A DNA stretch of 32,437 nt. Source: Jimgerdemannia flammicorona (Eukaryota). This document shows positions 24,019 to 32,437 of this stretch, one piece after another. A model generated the notes under the pieces. It saw only the letters and a program-made list of their open reading frames with translations. It had not been told where the DNA came from and made no database searches. The stretch covers positions 1 to 32,437 of the forward strand of contig RBNJ01000347.1 in NCBI GenBank assembly GCA_003990765.1, read 5' to 3'. Position numbers and translations under genes: made by a program. How positions within the stretch are numbered: position 1 is the first letter of the stretch; each line of letters opens with the position of its first letter.

Positions 24019-25199
24019 ATGAAGACTCAACTCATTGCACTGCTGCTGGTCAGCTGCATCATCTCTGCCATCCTCGACGGTGCATTGGCAGCCCCTGCCA
24101 AAAAGAAAATCAAAAAGGGTGGCAGCACCATCATAGGGCATGCCATCTACGTGTACGCCGAGATGGCATCCGACATCCCCGTCTTCACCAAACAGATCAA
24201 GGATTTCAATGCGGGTGCCAGCGCTGAGCATCAGTTACGCACCGTGATCGTGTATGCTGGGGAAGTGCCGTTTGATGGAAGTAGTAAGTTGATTCGCTGG
24301 TGCTCTAAACTCTCCAAAGGCTGTTAGTTTCTTATGTAATGCTGTAACTCTAACCGACCTAATCCCGTCCCTTTCCAACAGAATTCGAACCCCACGAGCT
24401 TTTCAGCTCGACCGTCAAGGGCTTCCACAACGCCAAACTACCCGGGGTGACGATTCACGCGAATCTAGACGCCGACCTCGGCGACGGCGGCGACCCAATC
24501 TTGAAGTGGTCCAATTCCAAAATTGACTCCCAAGTCAAAATGTTATGTAAATTCATCTGCGCTGACCCGAACGTCTCCGGAATCCACCTCGACCTCGAAC
24601 CTTTCGATGTCCCTTACACCACCAAACTCCTCCGCTTCTACACAACCATGTCCTCCCAGCTCCGCGGTTCGGAGACCGGATGCCGGAATGCTGCTCACCC
24701 CGACGGCCGCGAGATCACCGGGTACGTCGATAATCCCTCCGCCGCCGTTTTTAAGGCTCTCGGACCAAAGGGAACTCTCATATGGCCGGGGTACGATTGT
24801 ACGCGTTCCCCGTCAAGCGTTGAAGCATACAGCAAGGCGTTCCGCGATAGTATGACAAACAACCTACTTGACGTGGTCAAGAATATGCCGGCTGGACAGA
24901 ATGCTAAGTTTATGATCGCCGTTCCCGCAGCCGCGACCGACATAGAGTATCAGCACACTGTAAAGGGTAAGCAGCTCGTGGCAAGTGGCAGGAAGCAGTT
25001 CTCTGCGACGGGCCCGAGCTACATTACCACCGCTGTAAATAACGTTCATGAGCTTGTTAAAGGATACGATGGGTACGCGGGCATGGTGCTCTGGAAGCTT
25101 TCCAGGTTCTATACCATTGGATCTGGCGGGAAGAAGCTGGCGCCCGCGGGGGCGTTTGATATACCTGGGGAGCGAGATTGGCTTAAGAAGAATTTGTAG
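24019..25199 (+). CDS. Secreted protein with a GH18-like (chitinase-fold) catalytic motif (~360 aa, 2 exons)
   Basis: Exon 1 is 24019-24283, with signal peptide MKTQLIALLLVSCIISAILDGALA and a GTAAGT donor. The intron has a CTAAC/CTAAT branch site and a CAACAG acceptor. Exon 2 is 24382-25199, in frame. VSGIHLDLEP resembles GH18 DGxDxDxE, and the C-terminal GYAGMVLW resembles the GH18 beta-8 GGxMxW. Confidence 0.75.
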
Positions 25200-26432
25200 A
25201 GAATTTTCTACTGAAATAGAATGGAATTTTTGTTGCTTGTGCTATGTATATAAATACCTTCATCATTAACACAGCTGTGCTGTGAAAAACACACGATTTA
25301 AAGAAGAATAAATAAAAGACGTCGCCTTACACATCATCGTCATCATGGAGGACCGTACCGCCTCATTTTTCAACTAGATTATAAGAAGCCATCATCGGCT
25401 AATGAATTCTTGTTGTGAAATTCAAAAGGTTTTGATACCACCGAACGGCCCTTTGTTCTATTTATCATTTTACTTCGACTTTATCATGGTATATTACACT
25501 TAGTCTGACAACGCTGTACCGGCTCTACAAGCGAGCAACAACACCCAAGCCATTGCAATTACATTTTGTACTGTTATCATTGTTAAATGAAGCATCCCGG
25601 AATGTTATTGGTAATGCAAAATTAGAAGAATATTGTACTATCACCGCAAAATCTCATAATAGATGATCGACAGCCTGCAGGGCAATGCCAATGGGACGCC
25701 GTTCGTTCACTCGCAGGGCGAAAGAACCCGTGAAAGTTTGGAACGTTGTGCTTCTGGAAAGCGAGGTACGTATTTGTGAGTGCGCAAATTCATACTCGCT
25801 AGGTATTGGCACGACGTTTGGAATATTCATTCATGCCAGAAAACGGGAACCTCAATCGCGCCATCTCCACCCAATACATGTATAAGAAATTCAACCCCGA
25901 GGAAATACTTTCATCGCGTCTCTCGCGTCCAAAGTATCTACAATACCATGCGGGTCAGTCCCACACTTTACTGAGCCTCTGTTTATATGAGCAGTTGACC
26001 TCAACATTCCAAATACAACGGTATTGGCGTCTCAATCCACAACCTCACGCATGGTTGTTTTCCCGTCTCGCTGGCACACCTGGAAGTCCTAGAGATTTAT
26101 GCAAGCATCACAGGATCGCCCGGTTATGCAACAGAAGTTTGACGTGCGAGGTGAACGGAATATGTGTGTTGATTGCCGTCGGAAACGTGCACTGGTTGAG
26201 TTCCACGATCATGCTTTCCGGCGACGAGATGCTCTGACTGTGATCGGTATATAATTTTTTTTGCCGTCACTTCGTGCATACAGCTCAGACTGACGTTATT
26301 GGTATTGTAACGTGCCGGTTCAATGGAGGCAAATTACAAGGTGGGGCAGCTATGCAAATTGGCTTGAGCCCCCAGTTACTTTGTCAAAAAGCAACAAAAT
26401 GTTCAATGGTTTGTTTTGATGAATCTCAGAAT

Positions 26433-26612
26433 TATCTCAAACAGGTGAAGTTCTCTCCTTAGAACTTGATGGCAAATCTCCAGGCTTAATCTGGTAAGCA
26501 GACCAAATGTAAAATATCTCAAATACATAGGTGGAGTTCTTCCTTAGAACTTGGTGGCAATTCTTCAGGCTTAATCTGATATACAGATCAAATATAGAAT
26601 ATCTTGAAATAG
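26433..26612. repeat. 85-bp tandem duplication at the left edge of the CpG-free block
   Basis: CCTTAGAACTT occurs at 26457 and 26542, followed in both copies by TGGCAA...CAGGCTTAATCTG. Most differences between copies are C/T or G/A. Confidence 0.8.
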
Positions 26613-27425
26613 ACTTGACTTGGTTTTGGCAAGAGAACTGAAGTAAAATTAGAAAAAAACTCACAATCTCCTTAACAGTTTAGATCAAGTGGCTCTTAGC
26701 AGACATATCTCTTAAATTATATTAGGCAGACTTGTCTTTTGCTTTTAACTTGAATTTCAGACTGAGGCTTATTCACTCTTATCTCTGGGGTATTTTATAT
26801 AAATGTGATTGCTATTTAATTACTATATATCTGAACAATTATATAATAAGGTTAGTTATGGAAGATATAACTTTTGTTTCTTTGAGAAACAGTATATCTA
26901 TAGAATGTTATACTCTCAAGAGATAGCATACTCTCAGAGAACAGTACATTCTAATATAATATATATATTTAATTATTTATACAAATTAATAATATATATA
27001 GATAATTATATCTAATTGAAAGATAAACTTCAGAATAGCTTTTACATATTATCATTATTATTATTTGAACTAAATGACTTATATATAATTTAACTTATAT
27101 TAAAAGGAACTTATAGTAACTAGTAATTAGATAATCTTATTACTTTTCTAGTAATATTGTATTTTATACTATATATTATATATTGTAATAGTGACCCCAG
27201 AATGATGACATCAGTACAAGAGACAGTCTTTCCTTACAAGCCATCAGATCAGAGCACAAGAAGATTATATAGCATACAAGATGAGCAATGATGACCAACT
27301 GTGAGTCATTGTGACCACAGTATGAGTATCTTGAGGAATATAAAAGAAGAATTAAAAAACTATAGTAGAAGTAACCAACAAGACCTACTAATCCCAAAAT
27401 AGCTCAAAGACTTACCACAAATAAA

Positions 27426-28268
27426 ATGTCTACTGCTCACCAAACCTCAAGGTCAAGAAATCACCAAGATATCTTGGTCAAAGAAAGAATGTTCCAAGAC
27501 ATCAGAAGAGCTATGAGGACCTACTCAAGAAAGACTCCTAGTGTCAACCTGAGTACTGGTGACCCTTATTATTATATCTTCTACTACTGTGAAATGGAAA
27601 TAAGGATCACCATTACTACTGAATGCCTCCAAATGTGGTAGAAGTACAAAATAAGAAACCTCTTCTATCAGGAGTTCCCACAGACCAGTACTTAAGAGCT
27701 ATAAGATGCTATTTCCATAAATATATATGAAACAAGGACAGCTAAGAAGATCTATCAGATCTTCAGGCATATACCATGGTTGATCTCCAACTTGGAGTAT
27801 GTTAAAGTCTCAGACTTCAGAGATCTGTCAGCCTACCATATCAATGTACTAGAAGTCAGAGTGGCTATAGAAGTCCAGTCTACTATCACTCTCAATAGTG
27901 ATAAAGTAGAAGACTTCTGGCATCCCATCTTTCAGAATAACCCAGACGAATTCCTATAAGGATTGATCTCAGTATTCCAAGGCCCAAGCATCCAGGTTAG
28001 ATCTCCCAAAGACCCCACATTTGTTCCCTATTTTGTAGAAGAGAACCTCATAGACTGGAGAGCCCCAGACCTCCTTGTTCTTGCTGCCACCAAATGTAAT
28101 GACATTATTGGTGATGATATCATCCCATGCAATATATATAAGATATATGATATATATGAAACATGCAATCTATATAATAATAATGAATTCACAGACCTCA
28201 TCTCCTTCAAAGACATCCTGACCTCTGATGAGGATGAAGCCCCTATGGTCTTGAACATTCTGCTCTAA
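27426..28268 (+). pseudogene. Extra ~280-codon ORF associated with the retroelement, interrupted only by in-frame stops
   Basis: ORFs 27426-27641 and 27963-28268 are in the same frame, and the gap reads through with a few TAG/TAA stops. It shares the CpG-free composition of gag-pol. Confidence 0.55.
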
Positions 28269-28462
28269 AGCCCTTTGGTGATACTGAATTATTCCAGTAC
28301 CAGCATTCTGATATACTATTGAAATTATACCAGCATTCTGAATCTGTATAACTATCAGTACTGATTCTGGAACTTAGCAGTTTTTCCTATTCTGGTATTT
28401 TATTTTAGTTATTGGAATTTATATTTAGCTTTATATCTTAGCAACTATTGAATTATATTTTG

Positions 28463-28721
28463 TATAAATACCCCTCTTATTTCCTCAGAAATAAAGTCAG
28501 TTCCTCTCAGTACAATACATACTTCCTTACAAGCAATCTAAGAGATAATAAGATAGTTTAAAGATAAGAAGTTTGAGGACTATAAGACCTTGGGAAGGTA
28601 CTCCAATAAGAACTTGCTTATAACAAACTTGAGTTAGTCTAAGAGATATACCTTGAAGAGAATCTAGCATATTTGAAGGACTCAGTAACCACTATGTGAC
28701 AACTTGGTGCCCATTGGCTGG
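28463..28721 (+). promoter_or_regulatory. 3' part of the 5' LTR (TATA box, polyA signal, ...CA end) and primer-binding site
   Basis: TATAAATA at 28463-28470, AATAAA at 28490-28495, an LTR-like end TGTGACA at 28695-28701, a 3-nt spacer, then TGGTGCCCATTGGCTGG from 28705, about 100 bp before gag. The primer tRNA cannot be identified because of deamination. Confidence 0.65.
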
Positions 28722-28821
28722 TGATTCAAGATAAATCTCTCACTCTTAAGCTGAAAAACAAACAACTACCACAACAACTACCCTGACTACAAGAGTCACC
28801 CCTATAAGAATTTAAGATAAG

Positions 28822-30200
28822 ATGGAAATACATCCCCCTATATTCTATGGATATATTACTGAAGAGTCAATTCTGACCTTTATTGAAGACTTTGAATAAT
28901 TCACTGCCATATGAGCCCTTGGTATAGATGTACAATTGGCCCTTCTATCAGTCAGCCTCAGAGGACCTGCCAGAGACAAGTTTAATACAGTCACTATTGC
29001 TGATAATGGTGCAGCCAAACTTGCCAACATAAAGGCCTTCCTCAGAACAATATACTATACTGAAGAGATCAAGCAAGCTCTCAAGGATTAACTCAATACT
29101 ATCTGTCAGGGACTTAGTGAAGATCCCAACTTATTCTATACCTGAATCTGCCACCAGATTGTCTTGGCTGGCTATGATGATGCCCTCAAGGAACAAATAG
29201 CAGATTCAACCTTCCTCAAAGGAGTTCACCCTGAAATTGTCCTAACAATCCAATCTACCCCAGCCACACTGACCCTTGATCAGAAAGTAGTCTTTGTACA
29301 GAGATATTGGACTGCCAGACACCCTGCTGAATACTTAATGGAGAAAATAACTGACATCAAAATAGAGCCATCAAAGCCAACTAGTATTATACCCACTATA
29401 GTTGTAAACAGACAATCATCCCCACCTACCCCCAAGACAACCAAAGCTGACCCAGTGGAGGAACTTATCAAGCAGTTCACTAAAATGACTACAAATCTTG
29501 ATAATGTTGTTAGAGAAGTCTGAAGTACCAATAGGAGACCAGTGCAGAGATTTGCAGCTGCTATAGAAGAATACAATATTATATACTTTAGATATGAAGA
29601 AGAAGGCCACTATGCAAAGAATTATATGACCAAAAAAAGATACAAAGCCCAACTAAGTAATGCTAGCAGAACCAGAGAACAAACCAATACAGTAGTCATT
29701 AAGGAGATTGGTGATACTGATGATGAAGAATACTATGAGGAGCTTGAATTCTACTCTACTACTAAAGGTACCAGAACCCAGTCCAAGCCCTATGATAAGA
29801 AGAGTAACAGTAAGCCAGTTGGAAGACCAAAGAAGACCCCAGCTATCACTATTCAAAGCAAGACTCAATCTAAGGAGATTGATCAAAACATAGAGTTAGA
29901 TAAAGCTGCCTGCCAAATCATTGAAGGCACTACTCTAGTCTCAGAAGAAAGTGAAAGAAAGAAGGAACAGAAGCTATGTAAGACCAAGATCCACCAGTAT
30001 GATATCTACAAGGACCTCAAGGAACAGAAGGTCAATACTACTTTTGGACAGCTAGCTGAAGTCCCTGCCTTCAGACAGCAGTTAAGAGTAGGACTTGTAA
30101 CTACTGCTAAGAATTAAGAGTACAAGATTGTAGAAGCTCACAATACACAGGAAGAATCAGAAGACTTAGGCAAAGAATTTGAAGACCAGTGTAAGATATT
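28822..30200 (+). pseudogene. gag: Retrotransposon gag (decayed) with a mutated CCHC zinc knuckle
   Basis: MEIHPPIFYG...FIEDFE*...LRGPARDKF...QGLSEDP...TFLKGVHPEI reads in one frame. YFRYEEEGHYAKNY at 29584-29625 has CX2CX4HX4C spacing with all three C changed to Y. Confidence 0.8.
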
Positions 30201-30230
30201 AGCCTATACTCTATATCAGATCAAAGATTG

Positions 30231-30570
30231 ATCTTTGATGCTATCATTGATACCAGTACTAGAGGATGTCTCATGAGTAAGAAGACAATTGACTATCTAG
30301 ACTGGGACATTGAAGAGTCTACCAAGATAGTTTATGTTACAGCAGATGGTATATGAGCTACCCTCCTTGGCAAAATCTGAGAAGTCCCCATCAAGATAGG
30401 AGGAGCTACCATCCTAGTAGATGTGATTGTTACAAGCACCACCAACTATGACATCCTCATTGGCAACCAATGACTTCACAAGACCAAGGCCATTATTGAC
30501 CTCAATGCCCAGAAGATACAGATCAACTATAGAGGAAGAAAGGTACAAGTCTCTATCAATGTCCACAAAG
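30231..30570 (+). pseudogene. Retroviral-type aspartic protease (decayed)
   Basis: AIIDTSTRGCLMS (DTGA-like active site), VTADG and YDILIGNQ*L. Confidence 0.85.
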
Positions 30571-30909
30571 AAGTCCTATCAGATATAGAGGAAAGAGATA
30601 AAGAGGACACAGAAGTCTTCATGCACTTGGTGAACAAGAACAAGAACAAGACACCCAAGCTCACAGATGAGCAGTAGTATAACAAAATCATTGATGGCTA
30701 TGCCCCTCAAGAAAGATACCTCCATGGTACTAGGATGTACTGCTCTGAACACCTGAATAACTGCTGGTCCTATATCAGTGAAGTTAGGAAAATCTGCTAA
30801 CTGAAACATGAGCAAGAAGCTGCTGAAGCAAAAAGGAAAGCTGAAGAAGATGACCAGCCCCCCTAAGCTTCAAGCCAACAGTGATGATGAGGAGGAACAA
30901 GAATCAGAC

Positions 30910-31326
30910 ATCATCCTCAAGGTTAAGAAGTTTTACCCCAAAGCCAAGATCCCAGAATATAAGACTAAAGGAGCCATAGGAATAGACCTTATCAGCATTT
31001 AAGATGCTACCCTCAAACCACAGACTACCACCCTACTTGACACTGGAATTGGAGTCAAGTTGCCAGAGAACTATGTCAGAATTATCAAGACCAGGAGCAG
31101 TCTGACCAAAAGCAAAATCTCAGTTAAAGGAGGAGTAATTGACTCTGATTATACTGGCGAGATCTTCCTCATAGTCAGGAATCACAACCCCACTACCCTA
31201 TTTGAAGTCAATAAGTATGACAGGATTGGCCAGATGCTGATCCATGAAATCAAGAAGCCCAAGATCACTGAAGCCATTGAACTCATCAAGACCAAGAGAG
31301 GAGAACAAGGCTTTGGATCTACTGAA
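30910..31326 (+). pseudogene. dut: Trimeric dUTPase domain inside pol
   Basis: All five motifs are present: GAIGIDL, RSSL, GVIDSDYTGEI, DRIGQM and RGEQGFGST. There is one in-frame TAA at 31000-31002. Confidence 0.92.
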
Positions 31327-31429
31327 AGAGGAGCCTATGCTACTATCAAAATTACTGAACTTGAGTACAAGAAAGATAGGAATCAGAACAAGCACACATA
31401 TACCATTGGAGAAAACTTTCCCCTGGAAG

Positions 31430-32238
31430 AATAACTTCTCAAGATCCTGCATCAGAATGAAGGAGTACTTGCTACAGACTTCAGGGATATCTATAATCAA
31501 GAACCCAAGTACTACTACAAAGTTGACACTAGTGATACCAAGCCTATCTACCAGAAAGCCAGACCTATATTATCTGCCTACAACACTGCACAGGAACATG
31601 TCAATTACATACAGCTAGTTCTCAAGAAGCTCAAGGAGCATAGCCTCTACATCAAGCCCAAGAAATGCAAGTTTGCAGCTCAGGAAATCACCTATCTAGG
31701 ACACCTCATCAACCAGACCAGAATCCACACAGACTCTACAAAGATTAAGGCTGTTGCAGTCTACCCAAGATCCAGAACAACTACAGAAGTCTATATCTTC
31801 CTTGGACTGGCCAGCTACTACAGAAGATTCATCAAAGGATACTCTAACATTACAGCACCTATCTATAAGCTACTGAAGAAGGAAACCAAATTCAAATGGA
31901 CCAAGGAATACCAAGAAACCTTCAATAAACTCAAGACCAGGTTGACCCAAGTACCTATCTTCAAAAGACTAGATTGGAACCTAGAATTCATCCTGCAGAC
32001 AGATGCAAGTACTATAGGACTTGGAGCAGTCCTAGCTCAGAAGAAAGATGGATATGAATATGTCATTTCCTATGTAAGCCGAGGTATTCATAGAGTAGAA
32101 CAGAAATATGAGTCATATAAGCTCGAATACTTAGCAGTAGTTTGGGCAGTAGATAAGTTCCACTACTACCTAGCTAGGAAATACTTCACTGTTCAAACAG
32201 ACCATTCTGCTCTTACCTGGCTATTCCATACTCTGAAC
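31430..32238 (+). pseudogene. Reverse transcriptase (catalytic core deleted) and RNase H
   Basis: RT N-terminus VDTSDTKPIYQKAR, then KPKKCKFAAQEITYLGH and FLGLASYYRRFIKGYSNITAPIYKLLKK. RNase H motifs LQTDASTIGLGAVLAQ, KLEYLAVVWAV and TDHSALTWL. No YxDD is present. Confidence 0.9.
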
Positions 32239-32437
32239 TAGTGCTCCGAACGAGTCAATCCGGATGGGATTCGGATGGATTCGAATCTGATTCGAATCGG
32301 ATTCGAATCAGATTCGAATCAACCATTGTTTTGATTTCCAAATTAGACAATTAAATGTTTACATCAATAACTTGATGAATAATCATCCAAATTTGATGAT
32401 CTTGGTGTCATTTGAAAGCCCTTAATAAGGCCTTTCT
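32239..32437. mobile_element. Terminus of a younger DNA transposon or MITE (hAT-like) inserted into the gypsy pol
   Basis: Abrupt switch from CpG-free to CpG-rich sequence at TAGTGCTCCGAACG, with a subterminal array of four GATTCGAATC palindromes (32278-32320). Only one end is visible. Confidence 0.5.

Larger units (their letters stand above)
27180..32238 (+). mobile_element. Degenerate Ty3/gypsy LTR retrotransposon with dUTPase; truncated before integrase; left boundary approximate
   Basis: The order is LTR end/PBS, gag, zinc knuckle, protease, dUTPase, RT, RNase H, which is the gypsy arrangement. There are many stops and almost no CpG. Confidence 0.9.

Noticed and set aside
25685..26237. 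Possible protein kinase relic (FMPENGNL, ITGSPGYATEV)
   Set aside because: No HRD, DFG or Gly-loop motif can be found in any consistent frame, so the resemblance is too weak.

Overview
This is eukaryotic, intron-rich fungal-type DNA (GT-AG introns, long poly-A/T runs, many transposon and gene relics). The gene style suggests an early-diverging fungus such as Mucoromycota, which is inference only. Four genes look intact: the 5' part of a large low-complexity protein running off the left edge (minus strand), a 12-exon HMT1/ABCB6-type half ABC transporter (13413-17136), a 2-exon BTB/POZ-SPRY-like protein (18472-20018, minus) and a 2-exon secreted GH18-like protein (24019-25199). Between them lie decayed genes: two paralogous relics of a secreted, KR-punctuated Cys/Gly/Tyr-rich repeat protein (4560-4924 and 20797-21678), a UFD1 relic, RI-like LRR relics split by a repeat-rich insert, and F-box/LRR-like fragments. 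The right ~6 kb is a nearly CpG-free, transition-riddled Ty3/gypsy element. It carries an extra Cys-rich ORF upstream of its LTR end and PBS, then gag, protease, dUTPase, an RT missing its catalytic core, and RNase H. It is cut off by a younger CpG-intact, hAT-like terminus bearing a palindromic GATTCGAATC array.
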